Shown: positions 11,311 to 22,195 of the stretch, piece after piece | Numbering within the stretch: position 1 is the first letter of the stretch | How the letters are laid out: every line of letters begins with the position of its first letter | Assembly (NCBI GenBank): GCA_030390025.1 | Contig: CM059431.1 | Location: forward strand, 95,854,001-95,918,000 | From: Squalus acanthias | Taxonomy: Eukaryota | Direction: 5' to 3' | Length of the DNA: 64,000 nucleotides | The notes under the pieces: model-generated | What the model was told of the DNA's origin: nothing | The model's input: only the letters and a program-made list of their open reading frames with translations | The model's database searches: none | Position numbers and translations under genes: made by a program

Positions 11311-14300
11311 GAATCTTAGCGTCACCATGGCAGCTTCCTTCAGGTGTGTCATCTTCTTCTGTACCTGCACCCAGCATTGGCGTATAGTGTACAGTGTTGA
11401 GACCGGGAGCCATCTCCTGCTGGGCATGTTGCACTATAGTCCTCTGTGGAGGGTGCCTTGGTGCCAAACACTTTGCATCACTTCATGCATCGAACAGGGG
11501 TTGGCTGCTGCACCACTCCAGATTTGTCCACAGATTCTGTTGGCTACTCTCACGTTGGAGAGTAGCTGATTGGGGACACCAGGAGCGGAACATAAAACAG
11601 CGCGGGAAATAGCGCCAACCTGATTGGAGACACCAGTGACGGAACATAAAACAGCGGGGGAAACAGCACCGACCTGATTGGAGACAGCAGCGGCGGAACA
11701 TAAAACAGCGGGGGAAACAGCACCGAACTGATTGGAGACACCAGGAGCGGAACATAAAACAGCGGGGGAAACAGCACCGACCTGATTGGGAACATCAGGA
11801 GCGGAACATAAAACAGCGGGGGAAACAGCGCCGACCTGATTGGAGACACCAGCGGCGGAACATAAAACAGCGGGGGAAACAGCACCGACCTGATTGGAGA
11901 CACCAGCGGCGGAACATAAAACAGCGGGGAAACAGCACCGACCTGATTGGAGACACCAGTGACGGAACATAAAACAGTGGGGAAACAGCACCGACCTGAT
12001 TGGAGACACCAGTGACGGAACATAAAACAGTGGGGAAACAGCACCGACCTGATTGGAGACACCAGGAACGGAGCATAAAACAGCGGGGGAAACAGCACTA
12101 ACCTGATTGGAGACACCAGCGGCGGCACATAAAACAGCGGGGGAAACAGCACCGACCTGACTGGAGACACCAGTGACGGAACATAAAACAGCGGGGGAAA
12201 CAGCACCGACCTGACTGGAGACACCAGTGACGGAACATAAAACAGCGGGGAAAACAGCGCCGACCTGATTGGAGACACCAGTAACGGAACATTAAACCGC
12301 GGGGGAAACAGCACCGACCTGATTGGAGACACCAGTGACGGAACAAAAACACCGGGGAAACAGCACTGACCTGATTGGAGACACCAGTGACGGAACATAA
12401 AACAGCGGGGGAAACAGCACTAACCTGATTGGAGACACCAGCGGCGGCACATAAAACAGCAAGGGAAACAGCACCGACCTGATTGGAGACACCAGTAACG
12501 GAACACAAAACAGCGGGGGAAACAGCACCGACCTGATTGGAGACACCAGTTGCGGAACATAAAACAGCGAAGGAAACAGCACCGACCTGATTGGAGATAC
12601 CAGCGGCGGAACATAAAACAGCGGGGGAAACAGCACCGACCTGAATGGAGACACCAGTGACAGAACATAAAACAGCGGGGGAAACAGCGCCGACCTGATT
12701 GGAGACACTAGGAGCGGAACATAAAACAGCGGGGGAAACAGCACCGACCTGACTGGAGACACCAGTGACGGAACATAAAACAGCGGGGGAAACAGCGCCG
12801 ACCTGATTGGAGACACCAGGAGCGGAACATAAAACAGCTGGGGAAACAGCGCCGACCTGATTGGAGACACCAGGAGCGGAACATAAAACAGCGGGGGAAA
12901 CAGCACCGACCTGATTGGAGACACCAGGAGCGGAACATAAAACAGCTGGGGAAACAGCGCCGACCTGATTGGAGACACTAGGAGCGGAACATAAAACAGC
13001 CGGGGAAACAGCACCGACCTGATTGGAGACACCAGGAGCGGAACATAAAACAGCTGGGGAAACAGCGCCGACCTGATTGGAGACACCAGGAGCGGAACAT
13101 AAAACAGCTGGGGAAACAGCGCCGACCTGATTGGAGACACTAGGAGCGGAACATAAAACAGCCGGGGAAACAGCACCGACCTGATTGGAGACACCAGGAG
13201 CGGAACATAAAACAGCTGGGGAAACAGCGCCGACCTGATTGGAGACACCAGGAGCGGAACATAAAACAGCTGGGGAAACAGCGCCGACCTGATTGGAGAC
13301 ACTAGGAGCGGAACATAAAACAGCCGGGGAAACAGCACCGACCTGATTGGAGACATCAGCGGCGGAACATAAAACAGCGGGGGAAACAGCACCGATCTGA
13401 TTGGAGACATCAGCGGTGGAACATAAAACAGCCGGGGAAACAGCACCGACCTGATTGGAGAGACTAGGAATGCAACATAAAACAGCGGGGAAACAGCACC
13501 GACCTGATTGGAGACACCAGCGGCGGAACATAAAACAGCGGGGGAAACAGCGCCGACCTGATTGGAGACACCAGGAGTGGAACATAAAACAGCGGAGGAA
13601 ACAGCACCGACCTGATTGGAGACACCAGGAGCGGAACATAAAACAGCGGGGGAAACAGCACCGACCTGATTGGAGACACCAGCGGCGGAACAAAAACAGC
13701 GGGGGAAACAGCACCGACCAGATTGGAGACACGAGGAGCGGAACATAAAACAGCGGGGGAAACAGCACTAACTTGATTGGAGACACCAGCGGCGGAACAT
13801 AAAACAGCGGGGGAAACAGCACCGACCAGATTGGAGACACCAGTGACGGAACATAAAACAGCGGGGGAAACAGCACCGACCAGATTGGAGACACCAGCGG
13901 CGGAACATAAAACAGCCGGGGAAACAGCACCGACCTGATTGGAGACACGAGGAGCGGAACATAAAACAGCCGGGGAAACAGCACCGACCTGATTGGAGAC
14001 ACCAGGAGTGGAACATAAAACAGCGGGGGAAACAGCACCGACCTGATTGGAGACACCTGTGGCGGCCGAACATAAAACAGCGGGGGAAACAGCGCCGACC
14101 TGATTGGAGACACCTGTGGCGGCCGAACATAAAACAGCGGGGGAAACAGCACCGACCTGATTGGAGACACCAGTGGCGGAAAATAAAACAGCGGGGGAAA
14201 CAGCACCGACCTGATTAGAGACACCAGTGGCGGAACATAAAACAGCGAAGGAAACAGCACCGACCTGATTGGAGACACCAGGAGCGGAACATAAAATAGC

Positions 14301-17300
14301 GGGGGAAACAGCACCGACCTGATTGGAGACACTAGGAGCGTAACATAAAATAGCGGGGGAAACAGCACCGACCTGATTGGAGACACCAGTGACGGAACAT
14401 AAAACAGCGGGGGAAACAGCACCGACCTGATTGGAGACACCAGCGGCGGAACATAAAACAGCGGGGGAAACAGCGCCGACCTGATTGGAGACACCAGGAG
14501 CGGAACATAAAATAGCCGGGGAAACAGCACCGACCTGATTGGGAACACCAGGAGCTGAACATAAAATAGCGGGGAAACAGCGCCGACCTGATTGGAGACA
14601 CCAGGAGCGGAACATAAAACAGCGGGGGAAACAGCACCGACCTGATTGGGAACACCAGGAGCTGAACATAAAACAGCGGGGAAACAGCGCCGACCTGATT
14701 GGAGACACCAGGAGCGGAACATAAAACAGCGGGGGAAACAGCACCGACCTGATTGGAGACACTAGGAGCGGAACATGAAACAGCGGGGGAAACAGCACCG
14801 ACCTGATTGGAGACACTAGGAGCGGAACATAAAACAGCGGGGGAAACAGCGCCGACCTGATTGGAGACACCAGCGGCGGAACATAAAACAGCCGGGGAAA
14901 CAGCGCCGACCTGCTTGGAGACACCAAGAGCGGAACATAAAACAGCCGGGGAAACAGCACCGACCTGATTGGAGACACCAGCGGCGGAACATAAAACAGC
15001 GGGGAAACTGCGCCGACCTGCTTGGAGATACCAAGAGCGGAACATAAAACAGCCGGGGAAACAGCACCGACCTGATTGCAGACACCAGCGGCGGAACATA
15101 AAACAACGGGGGAAACAGCACCGACCTGATTGGAGACACTAGGAGCGGAACATAAAACAGCGGGGGAAACAGCACCGACCTGACTGGAGACACCAGGAAC
15201 GGAGCATAAAACAGCGGGGAAACAGCAGCGACCTGATTGGAGACACCAGGAACGGAGCATAAAACAGCGGGGGAAACAGCACTAACCTGATTGGAGACAC
15301 CAGTGACGGAACATAAAACAGCGGTAGAAACAGCACCGACCTGATTGGAGACACGAGGAGCGGAACATAAAACAGCGGGGGAAACAGCGCCGACCTGATT
15401 GGAGACACCAGTAACGGAACATTAAACAGCGGGGGAAACAGCGCCGACCTGATTGGAGACACCTGTGGCGGCCGAACATAAAACAGCGGGGGAAACAGCA
15501 CCGACCTGATTGGAGACACCAGTGGCGGAAAATAAAACAGCGGGGGAAACAGCACCGACCTGATTAGAGACACCAGTGACGGAACATAAAACAGCGGGGA
15601 AACAGCGCCGACCTGATTGGAGACACCAGGAGCGGAACATAAAACAGCGGGGGAAACAGCACCGACCTGATTGGAGATACCAGTGACGGAACATAAAACA
15701 GCGGGGAAACAGCACCGACCTGATTGGAGACACTAGGAGCGCAACATAAAACAGCGGGAAAACAGCACCGACCTGATTGGGAACACCAGGAGCTGAACAT
15801 AAAACAGCGGGGGAAACAGCGCCGACCTGATTGGAGACACCAGTGACGGAACATAAAACAGCGGGGAAACAGCACCGACCTGATTGGAGACACTAGGAGC
15901 GCAACATAAAACAGCGGGAAAACAGCACCGACCTGATTGGGAACACCAGGAGCTGAACATAAAACAGCGGGGGAAACAGCGCCGACCTGATTGGAGACAC
16001 TAGGAGCGCAACATAAAACAACGGGGGAAACAGCGCCGACCTGATTGGAGACACCAGGAGTGGAACATAAAACAGCGGGGGAAACAGCGCCGACCTGATT
16101 GGAGACACCAGGAGCGGAACATAAAACAGCGGGGGAAACAGCGCCGACCTGATTGGAGACACTAGGAGCGGAACATAAAACAGCCGGGGAAACAGCGCCG
16201 ACCTGATTGGAGACACCAGCGGCGGAACATAAAACAGCGGGGAAACAGCGCCGACCTGATTGGAGACACCAAGAGCGGAACATAAAACAGCGGGGAAACA
16301 GCACCGACCTGATTGGAGACACCAAGAGCGGAACATAAAACAGCGGGGGAAACAGCGCCGACCTGATTGGAGACACAAAGAGAGGAACATAAAACAGCGG
16401 GGAAACAGCGCCGACCTGATTGGAGACACCAGGAGCGGAACATAAAACAACGGGGGAAACAGCGCCGACCTGATTGGAGACACAAAGAGAGGAACATAAA
16501 ACAGCGGGGAAACAGCGCCGACCTGATTGGAGACACTAGGAGCGCAACATAAAACAACGGGGGAAACAGCGCCGACCTGATTGGAGACACCAGGAGCGGA
16601 ACATAAAACAGCGGGGAAACAGCACCGACCTGATTGGAGACACTAGGAGCGCAACATAAAACAGCGGGGGAAACAGCACCGACCTGATTGGAGACACCAG
16701 TGACGGAACATAAAACAGCGGGGGAAACAGCACCGACCTGATTGGAGACACTAGGAGCGCAACATAAAACAGCGGGGGAAACAGCACCGACCTGATTGGA
16801 GACACCAGTGACGGAACATAAAACAGCTGGGGAAACATCACCGACCAGATTGGAGACACCAGTGACGGAACATAAAACAGCGGGGGAAACAGCACCGACC
16901 TGATTGGAGACACTAGGAGCGCAACATAAAACAGCGGGGGAAACAGCACCGACCTGATTGGAGACACTAGGAGCGGAACATGAAACAGGGGGGAAACAGC
17001 GCCGACCTGATTGGAGACACTAGGAGCGCAACATAAAACAACGGGGGAAACAGCGCCGACCTGATTGGAGACACCAGGAGCGGAACATAAAACAGCGGGG
17101 AAACAGCACCGACCTGATTGGAGACACTAGGAGCGCAACATAAAACAGCGGGGGAAACAGCACCGACCTGATTGGAGACACCAGTGACGGAACATAAAAC
17201 AGCGGGGGAAACAGCGCCGACCTGATTGGAGACACAAAGAGAGGAACATAAAACAGCGGGGAAACAGCGCCGACCTGATTGGAGACACTAGGAGCGCAAC

Positions 17301-18833
17301 ATAAAACAACGGGGGAAACAGCGCCGACCTGATTGGAGACACCAGGAGCGGAACATAAAACAGCGGGGAAACAGCACCGACCTGATTGGAGACACTAGGA
17401 GCGCAACATAAAACAGCGGGGGAAACAGCACCGACCTGATTGGAGACACCAGTGACGGAACATAAAACAGCGGGGGAAACAGCACCGACCTGATTGGAGA
17501 CACTAGGAGCGCAACATAAAACAGCGGGGGAAACAGCACCGACCTGATTGGAGACACCAGTGACGGAACATAAAACAGCTGGGGAAACATCACCGACCAG
17601 ATTGGAGACACCAGTGACGGAACATAAAACAGCGGGGGAAACAGCACCGACCTGATTGGAGACACTAGGAGCGCAACATAAAACAGCGGGGGAAACAGCA
17701 CCGACCTGATTGGAGACACTAGGAGCGGAACATGAAACAGGGGGGAAACAGCGCCGACCTGATTGGAGACACCAGGAGCGGAACATAAAACAGCCGGGGA
17801 AACAGCACCGACCTGATTGGAGACAAAAGCGGCGGAACATAAAAGAGCAGGGAAAACAGCGCCGACCTGATTGGAGACACCAGGAGCGGAACATAAAACA
17901 GCCGGGGAAACAGCACCGACCTTCTTAGAGACACCAGGAGCGGAACATAAAACAGCGGGGGAAACAGCACCGACCTGATTGGAGACACCAGTGGCGGAAC
18001 ATAAAACAGCCGGGGAAACAGCACCGACCTGATTGGAGACACTAGGAGCGGAACCTAAAACAGCGGGGGAAACAGCGCCGACCTGATTGGAGACACCAGG
18101 AGCGGAATCTAAAACAGCCGGGTAAACAGCAGCGACCTGATTAGAGACACTAGGAGCGGAACCTAAAACAGCGGGGGAAACATCACCGACCAGATTGGAG
18201 ACACCAGTGACGGAACATAAAACAGTGGGGGAAACAGCGCCGACCTGATTAGAGACACTAGGAGCGGAACATAAAACAGCGGGGGAAACAGCGCCGACCT
18301 GATTGGAGACACCAGTGACGGAACATAAAACAGCTGGGGAAACATCACCGACCAGATTGGAGACACCAGTGACGGAACATAAAACAGCCGGGGAAACAGC
18401 GCCGACCTGATTGGAGACACCAGTGACGGAACATAAAACAGCGGGGAAACAGCACCGACCTGATTGGAGACACCAGGGGGTAGAAATTAGGTCGCGCCCC
18501 ATTTGGGGCGCAAATATCATCCGGACGCAAATATTAGCGCCTGGCGCTAATTATCGGCACTGACAGGAAACTTCACTTTTACCGCCCCGGGAGGTGAGTG
18601 GAGCGCTAAAGCAGGCGCTGCACACCTCTCTTAAGGCGCAAAGGCCAAGGAGTGAGGCGCTAACTCAGCGCGCAAGCGCAGCGCAGCTGCTGCCAGTTAG
18701 CGAGGGAACACAGACACACTGGCGCCGGACACTTCTTAAAGCGGGGGGGGCCACTTGCTCCCCAGCCACACCCTGCTCATTGCAGCCTTGAATCTCAGCC
18801 TGGAGAGACCTGTAATCCATTTCGCTGCCAAGC

Positions 18834-20765
18834 ATGGAGAGGGTGAGAGAACGCGCTCATCGCTTCACCGAGCGGGCCTTGGATGCTCTGGTTGACACAG
18901 TGGAGCGCAGACGATGTATGCTGTTCCCGGAGAGTGGCAGGAGGCCTTTGCCACGCGAGTTCAGAAGAGTGTGGAGGGAGGTGGCTCAGAGCGTCTCCTC
19001 CAGGAGCATGGTGCCCAGGACCCATACTCAATGCCGCAAAAAGTTCAACGACCTCACTCGGGTCGTCAGGGTGAGTGGCTTTTTCTCAATACCTCTCCAT
19101 CCCTCCATCTCAACCTCACTCTATGGCCAGAGGGTCTTAAAACCCCAATGCACAACACTCATCCAACACCTATGGCCCTTTCATCAAACACACACACACA
19201 TTCCACACTTTGCATACAGTAAGGGCTATTCACCTATGGGAGGCACATCAGGCAAGACCATGGCTGTATACAGTAAGGGCTATTCACCTATGGGAGGCAC
19301 ATTAGGCAAGACCATGGCTGTATACAGTAAGGGCTATTCACCTATGGGAGGCACATCAGGCAAGACCATGGCTGTATACAGTAAGGGCTATTCACCTATG
19401 GGAGGCACATCAGGCAAGACCATGGCTGTATATTTACTCAGATGCTGTCCTTTTTCTTGCAGGCTAAGCTGGCTCATAATAGGAGACAGCAGCAACGGAC
19501 AGATGGAGGGCGGCTTCAGCTGCAACCCCTCAGCGATCTGGAGGAGCGCGTCCACAGGATTGTGGCAAGCCGGGTGATCGGTCCCGTCGCCACTGGAGAC
19601 GCCGACCCCGTTGTGGACAGCAATGGTAAGGTCATCACCTTTTTGTCCTCTGTCCTTCCACTTGTCCCTCACAACACCAGCCTTTGACACTTTCAATCCA
19701 ACTTGCTAACTCGCTGCACTTATTCCTCCCTTACTGCCACCCTGTCCTCACGCTAAAGCCACTCTTGTACCTCCCTGCTTTCAGATGGTGATTCACCAGC
19801 TGAGGAGACGGGCCCTGAAGCTGCCACTGGGAGTGATGCTGCAGCTGAGGAGGAAGAGGAAGCCAGAGCATCAGTGCCACCCTCTCCCGAGGAAGCCCAT
19901 GCCCACACTGGGAACACGCCTTCCCCGGAGGGGAGCAGGGGGGAAGGGGCTGATGATGGTGAAGCTCCAGGACCCAGCGGGCTGCAGCAACGCCATGGGG
20001 GGGGGTAGGGAAGAACGGGGGCCTTCTCCCCAGAGGGAGAGTATGCCAGACACTCCTACTGCAATGGACGCAGAGGAGGAGCGGCTGATTGCAGAAATGA
20101 ACACCCAGGCGGTGGGCATGCACACTGAGCTCATGGGTGCAGTGGGAAGGGTGCCCGATTGCATTGAGTCACTGGCAAGGAGTGTGAAGCACTTCGCTGT
20201 AGCACAGGCGGATGCCACACTAACGCTTAGTGCTGCAATTCAGTCACTGGCTGCCGTGATCCCACCTCTGACTGCTCTCATACAGACTCAGATGGAGGCC
20301 ACGCGAGCACAGACTGCTGCCAACCTCGATGGTTCGTGCACATGTCCCCGGGGCTGTCACCGCGCCGCAGCAGGCCAGCAATCTGTTCTCCGGCAAATTG
20401 CTCCGGATGCTGAAGTGCTGCCCCGTGGGAGTGCCAGTGTGTCGGGCGAGCAGGGAGTTGCTGGCCTCTCTCACGATGACAGCATTCCTGCTGCCAACAC
20501 TGTCACTTCTCCACTGCACTTGCCACCGCCTGTAGGACAGACTGCTGCCGCCCATGCAGAGTTGGTGCAGTCTGCAGCCGGGCCCTCCAGGCCCAGAAGT
20601 GGTCGAGGCCGTCCTTCAGGGGCATCTGCAGTGTCAGGGTCTGACGAGCAGCAGCCTTCCACCAGCCTTGCTGCAGCCACTGAGGTCCCATTACGGAGGA
20701 GCAGTAGGGTTAGAAGGGGGGAAGTGCGCAAGGGAAGGAGATCACCCTCGAAGGGCAAAAAGTAG
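18834..20765 (+). CDS. Harbinger Myb/SANT-like (MADF/trihelix-type) DNA-binding protein; exons 18834-19070, 19463-19625, 19785-20765; one-base frameshift at G9 (19997-20005)
   Basis: Exon 1 RFTERALDALVDTV..LFP..WREVAQSV..RTHTQCRKKFNDL; donors GTGAGT (19071) and GTAAGG (19626); acceptors TTGCAG (19462) and TTTCAG (19784); exon 2 AKLAHNRRQQQRTDGG; 459 aa if the run is G8. Confidence 0.8.
19215..19430 (+). repeat. 4 x 54-bp tandem repeat in intron 1 of the Harbinger Myb gene
   Basis: Unit TACAGTAAGGGCTATTCACCTATGGGAGGCACATCAGGCAAGACCATGGCTGTA starting at 19215, 19269, 19323 and 19377; one C>T at 19303. Confidence 0.95.
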
Positions 20766-21043
20766 GAGGTGTGACAAAATGCTGGTCATTTTTTTATTAT
20801 AGGCCGAGGTTCATGGTCCAACTTTTGTTTAGTGTTTTGGACATTATCTCCAGGTTGTGAGAACCAGTTATGTTATTGACTGTTTTTTTGTGTTTATTTC
20901 TATGAGTTTGTCATGAGGAATTGTAAAATAAATAAGTTTCTGTATTCAAAATATACATGGCTGGTGGTTGGAATTATTGGTGCCTTGGCCGGCTTAGGGG
21001 TTGCGTGCTGGGTTGATTAGTGTTTGTAGCAATGGCAGGGGCC

Positions 21044-22195
21044 CTAGAAGCGGCTTGCTATTAGTCGTTGACGGACGGCCCTTGCAGTTTGACCATTGTG
21101 GGCCGCCCTCCTGCCTTGGTGCTGCTGATGATCATCGTCCTCGTCCTCTTCCTCCTCCTCCTCTGGTGGTGCTACAAAGCCTGGTGGCATTGGCTGGGTC
21201 CTGAGGATTGCCATGTTGTGCAACATGCAGCACACGACTACGAAGTTCGAAACTTGCTCAGGCGAGTACTGCAGGGCTCCTCCGGAATGGTCCAGACAGC
21301 GGAACCGTTGTTTCAGCACGCCGATTGTGCGCTCAATAATGTTCCTGGTTGCTTGATGGCTTTCATTGTACCGCAGCTCAGCAGGGGTGTTTGGCATACG
21401 GAGCGGTGTCATCAGCCAGGTGCTCAATGCGTACCCCTTGTCCCCCAGAAGCCAACCAACTGGCTGTTGCGGTGCTTCGAAAACTTCTGCCACAGCAGTC
21501 TGGCGCAGGATGAAAGCATCGTGGCAGCTGCCCTGATAGTGGGCATTGACAGCGAGTATCACCTGTCTGTGGTCACAGACCAACTGCACATTCAAGGAAT
21601 GGAACCCCTTTCTGTTCCTGAATTCCTCTGCATTCTCTCGCGGAGCACGCAAAGCCACATGCGTGCAGTCAATGGCGCCCTGCACCATGGGGAAGCCCGC
21701 TACCCTCGCAAAGCCCAGAGCACGGTCACGCTGCTTGTCTGGGGTCATAGGGAAAGAGATGAAGTCTCGTCTCCTTCTGAAGAGGGCATTGGTGACCTGC
21801 CGGATGCAGCGATGCACCGCAAACTGGGAGATATTTGCGAGGTCCCCAACAGCAGCTTGGAATGAGCCAGTGGCGTAGAAGTTCAAAGCCACTGTGACCT
21901 TCACTGCCACCGACAGAGACGTCCTGGACCTCAGCTGAGGCTGCAGATCTGGCTGCAGCAGGTGGCAGAGCTCAGTGACCACCTCCTTGCTGAATCGCAG
22001 CCTTCGCAAACACAGCTCCTCGGACATATGGATGTAGGAGAGCTGTTCACGATATACCCTGGGAGGGTAAGCTCTCCTGTACATGCGCCTGATGGCCCTC
22101 CTCCGTCTGGCCATCATTGCCACTCTCTGTCTGCGTCTTGGTATCCTCCGATTCAGCTGGAGCAGGACGACGCCCCCAATCATTGCAGCCCCCAT
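21044..22195 (-). CDS. Harbinger (HARBI1-family, DDE_Tnp_4-type) transposase, intact, 383 aa from ATG 22195
   Basis: Uninterrupted ORF with N-terminal helical region (LRRLRFSKE..VALNFYATG), GAIDCTH, NRKGFHSLNVQLVCD, HDA, LLGDKGY, IIERTIGVLKQRFRCL, CCMLHN and an acidic tail. Confidence 0.93.
   Translation of the reverse strand: MGAAMIGGVVLLQLNRRIPRRRQRVAMMARRRRAIRRMYRRAYPPRVYREQLSYIHMSEELCLRRLRFSKEVVTELCHLLQPDLQPQLRSRTSLSVAVKVTVALNFYATGSFQAAVGDLANISQFAVHRCIRQVTNALFRRRRDFISFPMTPDKQRDRALGFARVAGFPMVQGAIDCTHVALRAPRENAEEFRNRKGFHSLNVQLVCDHRQVILAVNAHYQGSCHDAFILRQTAVAEVFEAPQQPVGWLLGDKGYALSTWLMTPLRMPNTPAELRYNESHQATRNIIERTIGVLKQRFRCLDHSGGALQYSPEQVSNFVVVCCMLHNMAILRTQPMPPGFVAPPEEEEEEDEDDDHQQHQGRRAAHNGQTARAVRQRLIASRF

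Noticed and set aside
14050..14130. 57-bp monomers as Harbinger excision footprints
   Set aside because: The extra 3 bp lie in GGCGGCCG, not as a duplicated CAG/TAG
18834..19577. Single-exon 247-aa Myb ORF with YSKGYSPMGGTSGKTMAV repeats
   Set aside because: Strong splice sites at 19071 and 19462 join KFNDLTRVVR to AKLAHNRR; the peptide repeat is intron read-through
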